Below are positions 23,201 to 38,200 of a DNA stretch of 64,000 bases, one piece after another. The number at the start of each line of letters is the position of its first letter. Position 1 is the first letter of the stretch. The DNA lies in NCBI GenBank assembly GCA_964016885.1, contig OZ024742.1:374294001-374358000 (forward strand). Direction: 5' to 3'. The notes under the pieces are model-generated. The model saw nothing but the letters and a program-made list of their open reading frames with translations, did not search any database and was not told where the DNA came from. Origin of the DNA: Eledone cirrhosa. Taxonomy: Eukaryota. The position numbers and the translations under genes are program-made.

Positions 23201-26200
23201 TTTACCAGTATTGTCTCTCTCTCACTCTCTCTCTTTTACCAGTATTATCTCTATCCCTCACTCTCTCTCTTTTACCAGTATTGTCTCTCTCTCACTCTCT
23301 CTTTCACCAGTATTGTCTCTCTCTCACTCTCTCTCTTTTACCAGTATTGTCTATCTCTAACTCTCTCTCTTCTACCAGTATTGTCTCTTTCTCACTCTCT
23401 CTTTTACATGTATTGTCTCTCACTCACTCTCCCTTAAACCAGTATTGTCTCTCTCTCACTCTCGCTTTTACCAGTATTGTCTCTCTCTCACTCTCTCTTT
23501 TACCAGTATTGTCTCTCTCTCACTCTCTATTTTACCAGTATTGTCTATCTCTCACTATCTCTTTTACCACAATTGTCTCTCTCTCACTCTCTCTTTTACC
23601 AGTATTGTCTCTCTCTCACTCTCTCTCTTTTACCTGTATTGTCTCTCTCTCACTCTCTCTTTTACCAGTATTGTCTCTCTATCACTCTCTCTTTTACCAG
23701 TATTGTCTCTCTCTCACTCTCTCCTTTACCAGTATTATCTCTCTCTCACTCTCTCCTTTACCAGTATTGTCTCTCTCTCACTCCTTTTCTTTTACCTGTA
23801 TTGTCTCTCCTTACTCTCACTTTTAACAGTATTGTCTCTCTCTCACTCTCTCTTTTACCTGTATTGTCTCTCTCTCACTCTCGCTTTTACCAGTATTGTC
23901 TCCTTCTCACTCTCTATTTTACCAGTATTGTCTATCTCTCACTCTCTCTTTTACCACTATTGTCTCTCTCTCACTCTCTCTTTTACCAGTAATGTCTCTC
24001 TCTCACTCTCTCTCTTTTACCAGTATTGTCTCTCTCTCACTCTCTCTTTCACCAGTATTGTCTCTCTCTCACTCTCTCTCTTTTACCAGTATTGTTTATC
24101 TCTCATTCTCTCTTTTACCATTATTGTCTCTCCCTTACTCTCTCTTTTACCAGTATTGTCTCATTCTCACTCTCTCTCTTTTACCAGTATTGTCTCACTC
24201 TCACTCTCTCTCTTTTACCAGTATTGTCTCTCTCTCACTCTCTCTTTCACCAGTATTGTCTCTCTCTCACTCTCTCTCTTTTACCAGTATTGTCTATCTC
24301 TCACTCTCTCTTTTACCACTATTGTCTCTCTCTCTCTCTCTTTTACCAGTATTGTCTCTCTCTCACTCTCTCTTTTACCAGTATCGTTTATCTCTCATTC
24401 TCCCTTTTACCAGTATTGTCTCTCCCTTACTCTCTCTTTTACCAGTATTGTCTCACTCTCACTCTCTCTCTTTTACCAGTATTGTCTCACTCTCACTCTC
24501 TCTCTTTTACCTGTATTGTCTCTCTCTCATTCGCTCTTTTACCAGTATTGTCTCTCTCTCACTCTCTCCTTTACCAGTATTATCTCTCTCTCACTCTCTC
24601 TCTTTTACCAGTATTGTCTCTCTCTCTCACTCTCTCTTTTACCAGTATTGTCTCTCTCTCACTCTCTCCTTTACCAGTATTATATCTCTCTCAATCTCTC
24701 CTTTACCAGTATTGTCTCTCTCTCACTCTCTCTTTTACCTGTATTGTCTATCTCTCACTCTCTCTTTTACCAGTATTGTCTCTCTCACACTCTCTCTCTT
24801 TTACCAGTATTGTCTATCTCTCACTCTCTCCTTTACCAGTATTGTCTCTATCCCTCATTCTCTCTCTTTTACCAGTATTGTCTCTCTCTCACTCTCTCTT
24901 TCACCAGTACTGGCTCTCTCTCACTCTCTCTCTTTTACCAGTATTGTCTATCTCTCACTCTCTCTCTTTTACCAGTATTGTCTATCTCTCACTCTCTCTC
25001 TTTTACCAGTATTGTCTCTCTCTCACTCTCTCTGTTTTACCAGTATTGTCTCTCCCTCACTCTCTCTTTTACCAGTATTGTCTATCTCTCACTCTCTCTT
25101 TTACCACTATTGTCTCTCTCTCACACTCTTTTACCAGTATTGTCTCTCTCTCACTCTCCCTTTTACCAGTATCGTCTATCACTCACTCTCTCTTTTACCA
25201 CTATTGTCTCTCTCTGACTCTCTCTTTTACCAGTATTGTCTCTCACTCATTCTCTCTCTTTTACCAGTATTGTCTCTCTCTCACTCTCTCTCTTTTACCA
25301 GTATTGTCTCTCTCTCACTCTCTCTGTTTTACCAGTATTGTCTCTCTCTCACTCTCTCCTTTACCAGTATTTTCTCTCTCTCACTCTCTCCTTTACCAGT
25401 ATTGTCTCTCTCTCACTCTCTCTTTCACCAGTATTGTCTCTCTCTCACTCTCTCTCTTTTACCAGTATTGTCTATCTCTCACTCTCTCCTTTACCAGTAT
25501 TGTCTCTCTGTCACTACCTTTCTTTTGCCAGTATTGTCTAGCTCTATCTCTCTCTTTTACCAGTATTGTCTCTCTCTCACTCTCTCTTTTACAAGTATTG
25601 TCTCTCTCTCACTCTCTCTTTTACCAGTATTGTCTCTCTCTCACTCTCTCCTTTACCAGTATTATCTCTCTCTCACTCTCTCCTTTACCAGTATTGTCTA
25701 TCTCTCACTCTCTCTTTTACCACTATTGTCTCTCTCTCACTCTCTTTTACCAGTATTGTCTCTCTCTCACTCTCCCTTTTACCAGTATCGTCTATCACTC
25801 ACTCTCTCTTTTACCACTATTGTCTCTCTCTGACTCTCTCTTTTACCAGTATTATCTCTCACTCACTCTCTATTTTACCAGTATTGTCTATCTCTCACTC
25901 TCTCTTTTACCACAATTGTCTCTCTCTCACTCTCTCTTTTACCAGTATTGTCTCTCTCTCACTCTCTCTTTTACCAGTATTGTCTCTCTCTCACTCTCTC
26001 TCTTTTACCTGTATTGTCTCTCTCTCACTCTCTCTTTTACCAGTATTGTCTCTCTATCACTCTCTCTTTTACCAGTATTGTCTCTCTCTCACTCTCTCCT
26101 TTACCAGTATTATCTCTCTCTCACTCTCTCCTTTACCAGTATTGTCTCTCTCTCACTCCCTTTCTTTTACCTGTATTGTCTCTCTTTACTCTCACTTTTA

Positions 26201-29200
26201 CCAGTATGTCTCTCTCTCACTCTCTCTTTTACCACTATTGTCTCTCTCTCACTCTCTCTTTTACCAGTAATGTCTCTCTCTCACTCTCTCTTTTACCAGT
26301 ATTGTTTATCTCTCATTCTCTCTTTTACCATTATTGTCTCTCCCTTACTCTCTCTTTTACCAGTATTGTCTCACTCTAACTCTCTCTCTTTTACCAGTAT
26401 TGTCTCTCTCTCACTCTCTCTTTCACCAGTATTGTCTCTCTCTCACTCTCTCTCTTTTACCAGTATTGTCTATCTCTCACTCTCTCTCTTCTACCTGTAT
26501 TGTCTCTCTCTCACTCTCGCTTTTACCAGTATTGTCTCTCTCTCACTCTCTCTTTTACCAGTATTGTCTCTCTCTCACTCTCTCTTTCACCAGTATTGTC
26601 TCTCTCTCACTCTCTCTCTTTTACCAGTATTGTTTAACTCTCACTCTCTCTCTTTTACCAGTATTGTCTCTCTCTCACTCTCTCTTTCACCAGTATTGTC
26701 TCTCTCTCACTCTCTCTCTTTTACCAGTATTGTCTATCTCTCACTCTCTCTTTTACCACTATTGTCTCTCTCTCTCTCTCTTTTACCAGTATTGTCTCTC
26801 TCTCACTCTCTCTTTTACCAGTATCGTTTATCTCTCATTCTCCCTTTTACCAGTATTGTCTCTCCCTTACTCTCTCTTTTACCAGTATTGTCTCACTCTC
26901 ACTCTCTCTCTTTTACCAGTATTGTCTCTCTCTCACTTTCTCTTTTACCTGTATTGTCTCTCTCTCATTCGCTCTTTTACCAGTATTGTCTCTCTCTCAC
27001 TCTCTCTTTTACCAGTATTGTCTCTCTCTCACTCTCTCTTTTACCAGAATTATATCTCTCTCAATCTCTCCTTTACCAGTATTGTCTCTCTCTCACTCTC
27101 TCTTTTACCTGTATTGTCTATCTCTCACTCTCTCTTTTACCAGTATTGTCTCTCTCACACTCTCTCTCTTTTACCAGTATTGTCTATCTCTCACTCTCTC
27201 CTTTACCAGTATTGTCTCTATCCCTCATTCTCTCTCTTTTACCAGTATTGTCTCTCTCTCACTCTCTCTTTCACCAGTACTGGCTCTCTCTCACTCTCTC
27301 TCTTTTACCAGTATTGTCTATCTCTCACTCTCTCTCTTTTACCAGTATTGTCTATCTCTCACTCTCTCTCTTTTACCAGTATTGTCTCTCTCTCACTCTC
27401 TCTGTTTTACCAGTATTGTCTCTCCCTCACTCTCTCTTTTACCAGTATTGTCTATCTCTCACTCTCTCTTTTACCACTATTGTCTCTCTCTCACTCTCTT
27501 TTACCAGTATTGTCTCTCTCTCACTCTCCCTTTTACCAGTATCGTCTATCACTCACTCTCTCTTTTACCACTATTGTCTCTCTCTGACTCTCTCTTTTAC
27601 CAGTATTGTCTCTCACTCATTCTCTCTCTTTTACCAGTATTGTCTCTCTCTCACTCTCTCTCTTTTACCAGTATTGTCTCTCTCTCACTCTCTCTGTTTT
27701 ACCAGTATTGTCTCTCTCTCACTCTCTCCTTTACCAGTATTTTCTCTCTCTCACTCTCTCCTTTACCAGTATTGTCTCTCTCTCACTCTCTCTTTCACCA
27801 GTATTGTCTCTCTCTCACTCTCTCTCTTTTACCAGTATTGTCTATCTCTCACTCTCTCCTTTACCAGTATTGTCTCTCTGTCACTCCCTTTCTTTTGCCA
27901 GTATTGTCTAGCTCTATCTCTCTCTTTTACGAGTATTGTCTCTCTCTCACTCTCTCTTTTACAAGTATTGTCTCTCTCTCACTCTCTCTTTTACCAGTAT
28001 TGTCTCTCTCTCACTCTCTCCTTTACCAGTATTATCTCTCTCTCACTCTCTCCTTTACCAGTATTGTCTATCTCTCACTCTCTCTTTTACCACTATTGTC
28101 TCTCTCTCACTCTCTTTTACCAGTATTGTCTCTCTCTCACTCTCCCTTTTACCAGTATCGTCTATCACTCACTCTCTCTTTTACCACTATTGTCTCTCTC
28201 TGACTCTCTCTTTTACCAGTATTATCTCTCACTCACTCTCTATTTTACCAGTATTGTCTATCTCTCAACTCTCTCTTTTACCACAATTGTCTCTCTCTCA
28301 CTCTCTCTTTTACCAGTATTGTCTCTCTCTCACTCTCTCTTTTACCAGTATTGTCTCTCTCTCACTCTCTCTCTTTTACCTGTATTGTCTCTCTCTCACT
28401 CTCTCTTTTACCAGTATTGTCTCTCTATCACTCTCTCTTTTACCAGTATTGTCTCTCTCTCACTCTCTCCTTTACCAGTATTATCTCTCTCTCACTCTCT
28501 CCTTTACCAGTATTGTGTCTCTCTCACTCCCTTTCTTTTACCTGTATTGTCTCTCTTTACTCTCACTTTTACCAGTATTGTCTCTCTCTCACTCTCTCTT
28601 TTACCACTATTGTCTCTCTCTCACTCTCTCTTTTACCAGTAATGTCTCTCTCTCACTCTCTCTTTTACCAGTATTGTTTATCTCTCATTCTCTCTTTTAC
28701 CATTATTGTCTCTCCCTTACTCTCTCTTTTACCAGTATTGTCTCACTCTCACTCTCTCTCTTTTACCAGTATTGTCTCACTCTCACTCTCTCTCTTTTAC
28801 CAGTATTGTCTCTCTCTCACTCTCTCTTTCACCAGTATTGTCTCTCTCTCACTCTCTCTCTTTTACCAGTATTGTCTATCTCTCACTCTCTCTCTTCTAC
28901 CTGTATTGTCTCTCTCTCACTCTCGCTTTTACCAGTATTGTCTCTCTCTCACTCTCTCTTTTACCAGTATTGTCTCTCTCTCACTCTCTATTTTACCAGT
29001 ATTGTCTATCTCTCACTCTCTCTTTTCCCAGTATTATCTCTCTCTCACTCTCTCCTTTACCAGTATTGTCTCTCCCTCACACTCTCTCTTTTACCAGTAT
29101 TGTCTCCTTCTCACTCTCTCTTTCACCAGTATTTTCTCTCTCTCACTCGCTTTTTTTACCAGTATTATCTCTATCCCTCACTCTCTCTCTTTTACAATTA

Positions 29201-32200
29201 TTGTCTCTCTCTCACTCTCACCTTCACCAGTATTGTCTCTCTCTCACTCTCTCTCTTTTACCAGTATTATCTCTATCCCTCACTCTCTCTCTTTTACCAG
29301 TATTGTCTCTCTCTCACTCTCTCTTTCACCAGTATTGTCTCTCTCTCTCACTCTCTCTCTTTTACCAGTATTGTCTCTCTCTCACTCTCTCTGTTTTACC
29401 AGTATTGTATATCTGTTTCTCTCTTTTACCTGTATTGTCTCTCTCTCACTCTCTCTTTTACCAGTATTGTCTCTCTCTCACTCTCGCTTTTACCAGTATT
29501 GTCTCTCTCTCACTCTCTATTTTACCAGTATTGTCTATCTCTCACTCTCTCTTTTACCACTGTTGTCTCTCTCTCTCTCTCTTTTACCAGTATTGTCTCT
29601 CTCTCACTCTCTCTTTTACCAGTATCGTTTATATCTCATTCTCTCTTTTACCAGTATTGTCTCTCCCTTACTCTCTCTTTTACCAGTATTGTCTCACTCT
29701 CACTCTCTCTCTTTTACCAGTATTGTCTCTCTCTCACGTTCTCTTTTACCTGTATTGTCTCTCTCTCATTCGCTCTTTTACCAGTATTGTCTCTCTCTCA
29801 CTCTCTCTTTTACCAGAATTATATCTCTCTCAATCTCTCCTTTACCAGTATTGTCTCTCTCTCACTCTCTCTTTTACCTGTATTGTCTATCTCTCACTCT
29901 CTCTTTTACCAGTATTGTCTCTCTCACACTCTCTCTCTTTTACCAGTATTGTCTATCTCTCACTCTCTCCTTTACCAGTATTGTCTCTATCCCTCACTCT
30001 CTCTCTTTTACCAGTATTGTCTCTCTCTCACTCTTTCTTTCACCAGTATTGGCTCTCTCTCACTCTCTCTCTTTTACCAGTATTGTCTATCTCTCACTCT
30101 CTCTCTTTTACCAGTATTGTCTATCTCTCACTCTCTCTCTTTTACCAGTATTGTCTCTCTCTCACTCTCTCTGTTTTACCAGTATTGTCTCTCCCTCACT
30201 CTCTCTTTTACCAGTATTGTCTATCTCTCACTCTCTCTTTTACCACTATTGTCTCTCTCTCACTCTCTTTTACCAGTATTGTCTCTCTCTCACTCTCTCT
30301 TTTACCAGTATCGTCTATCACTCACTCTCTCTTTTACCACTATTGTCTCTCTCTGACTCTCTCTTTTACCAGTATTGTCTCTCACTCATTCTCTCTCTTT
30401 TACCAGTATTGTCTCTCTCCCACTCTCTCTCTTTTACCAGTATTGTCTCTCTCTCACTCTCTCTGTTTTACCAGTATTGTCTCTCTCTCACTCTCTCCTT
30501 TACCAGTATTTTCTCTCTCTCACTCTCTCCTTTACCAGTATTGTCTCTCTCTCACTCTCTCTTTCACCAGTATTGTCTCTCTCTCACTCTCTCTCTTTTA
30601 CCAGTATTGTCTATCTCTCACTCTCTCCTTTACCAGTATTGTCTCTCTGTCACTCCCTTTCTTTTGCCAGTATTGTCTAGCTCTATCTCTCTCTTTTACC
30701 AGTATTGTCTCTCTCTCACTCTCTCTTTTACAAGTATTGTCTCTCTCTTACTCTCTCTTTTACCAGTATTGTCTCTCTCTCACACTCTCCTTTACCAGTA
30801 TTATCTCTCTCTCACTCTCTCCTTTACCAGTATTGTCTCTCTCTCACTCTCTCTTTTACCTGTATTGTCTATCTCTCACTCTCTCTTTTACCAGTATCGT
30901 CTCTCCCTCACTCTCTCTCTTTTACCAGTATTGTCTCTCTCTCTCACACTCTCTCTTTTACCAGTATTGTCTCCTTCTCACTCTCTCTTTCACCAATATT
31001 GTCTCTCTCTCACTCTCTCTTTTTTACCAGTATTGTCTCTATCCCTCACTCTCTCTCTTTTACCAGTATTGTCTCTCTCTCACTCTCACCTTTACCAGTA
31101 TTGTCTCTCTCTCACTCTATCTCTTTTACCAGTATTATCTCTATCCATCACTCTCTCTATTTTACCAGTATTGTCTCTCTCTCCCTCTCTCTTTCACCAG
31201 TATTGTCTCTCTCTAGCTCTCTCTCTTTTACCAGTATTGTCTCACTCTCACTCTCTCTCTTCATCAGTATTGTCTCTCTCTCACTCTCTCTCTTTTACCA
31301 GTAGTGTCTCTCTCTCACTCTCTCTCTTTTACCAGTATTGTATATCTGTCTCTCTCTTTTAACAGTATTGTCTCTCTCTCACTCTCTCTCTTTTATCAGT
31401 ATTTTCTATCTCTCACTCTCTCCTTTACCAGTATTGTCTCTCTCTCACTCTCTCTCTTTTACCAGTATTGTCTATCTCTCACTCTCTCCTTTACCAGTAT
31501 TGTCTCTCTCTCACTCCCTTTCTGTTACCAGTATTGTCTAGCTCTATCTCTCTCTTTTACCAGTATTGTCTCTCTCTCACTCTCTCTTTCACCAGTATTG
31601 GCTCTCTCTCACTCTCTCTCTTTTACCAGTATTGTCTATCTCTCACTCTCTCTCTTTTACCAGTATTGTCTATCTCTCACTCTCTCTCTTTTACCAGTAT
31701 TGTCTCTCTCTCACTCTCTCTGTTTTACCAGTATTGTCTCTCCCTCACTCTCTCTTTTACCAGTATTGTCTATCTCTCACTCTCTCTTTTACCACTATTG
31801 TCTCTCTCTCACTTTCTTTTACCAGTATTGTCTCTCTCTCACTCTCTCTTTTACCAGTATCGTCTATCACTCACTCTCTCTTTTACCACTATTGTTTCTC
31901 TCTGACTCTCTCTTTTACCAGTATTGTCTCTCACTCATTCTCTGTCTTTTACCAGTATTGTCTCTCTCTCACTCTCTCTCTTTTACCAGTATTGTCTCTC
32001 TCTCACTCTCTCGGTTTTACCAGTATTGTCTATCTGTCACTCTCTCTTTTACCAGTATTGTCTATCTCTCACTCTCTCTTTTACCAGCATTGTCTCTCTC
32101 TCACTCTCTCTCTTTTACCAGTAATGTCTCTCTCTCACTCTCTCTCTTTTACCAGTATTGTCTCTCTCTCACTCTCTCTTTTACCAGTATTGTCTCTCTC

Positions 32201-35200
32201 TCACTCTCTCTTTTACCAGTATTGTCTATCTCTCACTCTCTCTTTTACCAGTATTGTCTCTCTCTCTCACTCTCTCTTTTACCAGTATTGTCTCTCTCTC
32301 ACTCTCTCTCTTTTACCAGTATTGTTTCTCTCTCACTCTCTGTTTTACCAGTATTGTCTTTGTCTCACTCTCTCTTTTACCAGTATTGTCTCTCTCTCAC
32401 TCTCTCTTTTACCAGTATTGTCTCTCTCTCACTCTCTCTCTTTTACCAGTATTGTCTCTCTCTCATTCTCTCTTTCACCAGTATTGTCTCTCTCTCACTC
32501 TCTCTCTTTTACCAGTATTGTCTATCTCTCACTCTCTCCTTTATCAGTATTGTCTCTGTCTCACTCCCTCTCTTTTACCAGTATTGTCTAGCTCTATCTC
32601 TCTCTTTTACCAGTATTGTCTCTCTCTCACTCTCTCTCTTTTACCAGTATTGTCTCTCTCTCACTCTCTCTTTTACAAGTATTGTCTATCTCTCACTCTC
32701 TCTTTTACCAGTATTGTCTCTCTCTCACTCTCTCTTTTACCAGTATTGTCTATCTCTCACTCTCTCTCTTTTAACAGTATTGTCTCTCTCTCACTCTATC
32801 TTTTACCAGTATTGTCTCTCTCTCACTCTCTCTTTCACCAGTATTGTCTCTCTGTCACTCTCTCTCTTTTACCAGTATTGTCTCTCTCTCACTCTCTCTG
32901 TTACCAGTATTGTCTCTCTCTCACTCTCTCTTTCACCAGTATTGTCTCTCTCTCACTCTCTTTTACCAGCATTGTCTCTCTCTCACTCTCTTTTTTACCA
33001 GTATTGTCTATCTCTCTCTCTCTCTCTTTTGCCAGTATTGTCTCTCTGTCACTCTCTATTTTACCACTATTGTCTCTCTCTCACTCTCTCTTTTACCAGT
33101 ATTGTCTCTCTCTCACTCTCTCTTTTACCAGTATTGTCTCTCTCTCACTCTCTCCTTTAGCAGTATTATCTCTCTCTCACTCTCTCCTTTACCAGTATTG
33201 TCTATCTCTCACTCTCTCCTTTACCAGTATTGTTTCTCTCTCACTCCCTTTCTTTTACCAGTATTGTCTAGCTCTATCTCTCTCTTTTACCAGTATTGTC
33301 TCTCTCTCACTCTCTCTCTTTAACCAGTATTGTCTCTCTCTCACTCTCTCTCTTTTACCAGTATTGTCTCTCTCTCACGCTCTCTTTCACCAGTATTGTC
33401 TCTCTCTCACTCTCTCTCTTTTACCAGTATTGTCTATCTCTCACTCTCTCCTTTACCAGTATTGTCTCTCTCTCACTTCCTCTCTTTTACCAGCATTGTC
33501 TATCTCTATCTCTCTCTTTTACCAGTATTGTCTCTCTTTCACTCTCTCTCTTTTACCAGTATTGTCTCTCTCTCATTCTCTCTTCTACCAGTATTGTCTC
33601 TCTCTCACTCTCTCTTTTACCAGTATTGTCTCTCTCGCACTCTCTCCTTTACCAGTATTTTCTCTCTCTCACTCTCTCTTTCACCAGTATTGTCTCTCTC
33701 TCACTCTCTCTCTTTTACCAGTATTGTCTATCTCTCACTCTCTCCTTTACCAGTATTGTCTCTCTCTCAATCCCTTTCTTTTACCAGTATTGTCTAGCTC
33801 TATCTCTCTCTTTTACAAGTATTGTCTCTCTCTCACTCTCTCTTTTACCAGTATTGTCTCTCTCTCACTCTCTCCTTTACCAGTATTATCTCTATCTCAC
33901 TCTCTCCTTTACCAGTATTGTCTATCTCTCACTCTCTCTTTTACCTGTATTGTCTATCTCTCACTCTCTCTTTTACCAGTATTGTCTCTCCCTCACTCTC
34001 TCTCTTTTACCAGTATTGTCTCTCTCTCTCACACTCTCTCTTTTACCAGTATTGTCTCCTTCTCACTCTCTCTTTCACCAGTATTGTCTCTCCCTCACTC
34101 TCTCTTTTTTACCAGTATTATCTCTATCCCTCACTCTCTCTCTTTTACCAGTATTGTCTCTCTCTCACTCTCACCTTTACCAGTATTGTCTCTCTCTCAC
34201 TCTCTCTCTTTTACCAGTATTATCTCTATTCATCACTCTCTCTCTTTTACCAGTATTGTCTCTCTCTCACTCTCTCTTTCACCAATATTGTCTCTCTCTA
34301 GCTCTCTCTCTTTTACCAGTCTTGTCTCACTCTCACTCTCTCTCTTTATCAGTATTGTCTCTCTCTCACTCTCTCTCTTTTAACAGTATTGTCTCTCTCT
34401 CACTCTCTCTTTCACCAGTATTGTCTCTCTCTCACTTTCTCTTTCACCAGTATTGTCTCTCTCTCACTCTCTCTCTTTTACCAGTATTGTCTATTTCTCA
34501 CTCTCTCCTTTACCAGTATTGTCTCTCTCTCACTCTCTCTCTTTTACCAGTATTGTCTATCTCTCACTCTCTCCTTTACCAGTATTGTTTCTCTCTCACT
34601 CCCTTTCTGTTACCAGTATTGTCTAGCTCTATCTCTCTCTTTTACCAGTATTGTCTCTCTCTCACTCTCCCTCTTTTACCAGTATTGTCTCTCTCTCACT
34701 CTCTCTTTTACAAGTATTGTCTCTCTCTCACTCTCTCTTTTACCAGTATTGTCTCTCTCTCACTCTCTCCTTTACCAGTATTATCTCTCTCTCACTCTAT
34801 CCTTTACTAGTATTGTCTCTCTCTCACTCTCTCTTTGACCTGTATTGTCTATCTCTCACTCTCTCTTTTACCAGTATTGTCTCTCTCTCTCACACTCTCT
34901 CTTTTACCAGTATTGTCTCCTTCTCACTTTCTCTTTCACCAGTATTGTCTCTCTCTCATTCTCTCTTTTTTACCAGTATTATCTCTATCCCTCACTCTCT
35001 CTCTTTTACCAGTATTGTCTATCTCTCACTCTCTCTCTTCTACCTGTATTGTCTCTCTCTCACTCACGCTTTTACCAGTATTGTCTCTCTCTCACTCTCT
35101 CTTTTACCAGTATTGTCTCTCTCTCACTCTCTATTTTACCAGTATTGTCTATCTCTCACTCTCTCTTTTCCCAGTATTATCTCTCTCTCACTCTCTCCTT

Positions 35201-38200
35201 TACCAGTATTGTCTCTCCCTCACTCTCTCTCTTTTACCAGTACTGTCTCCTTCTCACTCTCTCTTTCACCAGTATTTTCTCTCTCTCACTCTCTCTTTTA
35301 CCAGTATTGTCTCTCTATCACTCTCTTTTTACCAGTATTGTCTCTCTCTCACTCTCTCCTTTACCAGTATTATCTCTCTCTCACTCTCTCCTTTACCAGT
35401 ATTGTCTCTCTCTCACTCCCTTTCTTTTACCTGTATTGTCTATCTTTACTCTCACTTTTACCAGTATTGTCTATCTCTCACTCTCTCTTTTACCTGTATT
35501 GTCTCTCTCTCACTCTCGCTTTTACCAGTATTGTCTCTCTCTCACTCTCTATTTTACCAGTATTGTCTCTCTCTCACTCTCTCTCTCTTACCAGTATTGT
35601 CTCACGCTCACTCTCTCTCTTTTACCAGTATTGTCTCTCTCTCACTCTCTCTTTCACCAGTATTGTCTCTCTCTCACTCTCTCTCTTTTACCAGTATTGT
35701 CTATCTCTCACTCTCTCTCTTCTACCTGTATTGTCTCTCTCTCACTCTCGCTTTTACCAGTATTGTCTCTCTCTCACTCTCTCTTTTACCAGTATTGTCT
35801 CTCTCTGACTCTCTATTTTACCAGTATTGTCTATCTCTCACTCTCTCTTTTCCCAGTATTATCTCTCTCTCACTCTCTCCTTTACCAGTATTGTCTCTCC
35901 CTCACACTCTCTCTTTCACCAGTATTTTCTCTCTCTCACTCTCTCTCTTTTACCAGTATTATCTCTATCCCTCACTCTCTCTCTTTTACCAGTATTGTCT
36001 CTCTCTCACTCTCTCTTTCACCAGTATTGTCTCTCTCTCTCACTCTCTCTCTTTCACCAGTATTGTCTCTCTCTCACTCTCTCTGTTTTACCAGTATTGT
36101 ATATCTGTTTCTCTCTTTTACCTGTATTGTCTCTCTCTCACTCTCTCTTTTACCAGTATTGTCTCTCTCTCACTCTCGCTTTTACCAGTATTGTCTCTCT
36201 CTCACTCTCTATTTTACCAGTATTGTCTATCTCTCACTCTCTCTTTTACCACTATTGTCTCTCTCTCTCTCTCTTTTACCAGTATTGTCTCTCTCTCACT
36301 CTCTCTCTTACCAGTATGGTTTATCTCTCATTCTCTCTTTTACCAGTATTGTCTCTCCCTTACTCTCTCTTTTACCAGTATTGTCTCACTCTCACTCTCT
36401 CTCTTTTACCAGTATTGTCTCTCTCTCACTTTCTCTTTTACCTGTATTGTCTCTCTCTCATTCGCTCTTTTACCAGTATTGTCTCTCTCTCACTCTCTCT
36501 TTTACCAGAATTATATCTCTCTCAATCTCTCCTTTACCAGTATTGTCTCTCTCTCACTCTCTCTTTTACCTGTATTGTCTATCTCTCACTCTCTCTTTTA
36601 CCAGTATTGTCTCTCTCACACTCTCTCTCTTTTACCAGTATTGTCTATCTCTCACTCTCTCCTTTACCAGTATTGTCTCTATCCCTCACTCTCTCTCTTT
36701 TACCAGTATTGTCTCTCTCTCACTCTCTCTTTCACCAGTATTGGCTCTCTCTCACTCTCTCTCTTTTACCAGTATTGTCTATCTCTCACTCTCTCTCTTT
36801 TACCAGTATTGTCTATCTCTCACTCTCTCTCTTTTACCAGTATTGTCTCTCTCTCACTCTCTCTGTTTTACCAGTATTGTCTCTCTCTCACTCTCTCTGT
36901 TTTACCAGTATTGTCTCTCTCTCACTCTCTCCTTTACCAGTATTTTCTCTCTCTCACTCTCTCCTTTACCAGTATTGTCTCTCTCTCACTCTCTCTTTCA
37001 CCAGTATTGTCTCTCTCTCTCTCTCTCTTTTACCAGTATTGTCTATCTCTCACTCTCTCCTTTACCAGTATTGTCTCTCTGTCACTCCCTTTCTTTTGCC
37101 AGTATTGTCTAGCTCTATCTCTCTCTTTTACCAGTATTGTCTCTCTCTCACTCTCTCTTTTACAAGTATTGTCTCTCTCTTACTCTCTCTTTTACCAGTA
37201 TTGTCTCTCTCTCACTCTCTCCTTTACCAGTATTATCTCTCTCTCACTCTCTCCTTTACCAATATTGTCTCTCTCTCACTCTCTCTTTTACCTGTATTCT
37301 CTATGTCTCACTCTCTCTTTTACCAGTATCGTCTCTCCCTCACTCTCTCTCTTTTACCAGTATTGTCTCTCTCTCTCACACTCTCTCTTTTACCAGTATT
37401 GTCTCCTTCTCACTCTCTCTTTCACCAGTATTGTCTCTCTCTCACTCTCTCTTTTTTACCAGTATTATCTCTATCCCTCACTCTCTCTCTTTTACCAGTA
37501 TTGTCTCTCTCTCACTCTCACCTTTACCAGTATTGTCTCTCTCTCACTCTATCTCTTTTACCAGTATTATCTCTATCCATCACTCTCTCTATTTTACCAG
37601 TATTGTCTCTCTCTCACTCTCTCTTTCACCAGTATTGTCTCTCTCTAGCTCTCTCTCTTTTACCAGTATTGTCTCACTCTCACTCTCTCTCTTCATCAGT
37701 ATTGTCTCTCTCTCACTCTCTCTCTTTTACCAGTAGTGTCTCTCTCTCACTCTCTCTCTTTTACCAGTATTGTATATCTGTCTCTCTCTTTTAACAGTAT
37801 TGTCTCTCTCTCACTCTCTCTTTCACCAGTATTGTCTCTCTCTCATTTTCTCTTTCACCAATATTGTCTCTCTCTCACTCTCTCTCTTTTACCAGTATTG
37901 TCTATCTCTCACTCTCTCCTTTACCAGTATTGTCTCTCTCTCACTCTCTCTCTTTTACCAGTATTGTCTATCTCTCACTCTCTCCTTTGCCAGTATTGTC
38001 TCTCTCTCACTCCCTTTCTGTTACCAGTATTGTCTAGCTCTATCTCTCTCTTTTACCAGTATTGTCTCTCTCTCACTCTCTCTTTCACCAGTATTGGCAC
38101 TCTCTCACTCTCTCTCTTTTACCAGTATTGTCTATCTCTCACTCTCTCTCTTTTACCAGTATTGTCTATCTCTCACTCTCTCTCTTTTACCAGTATTGTC

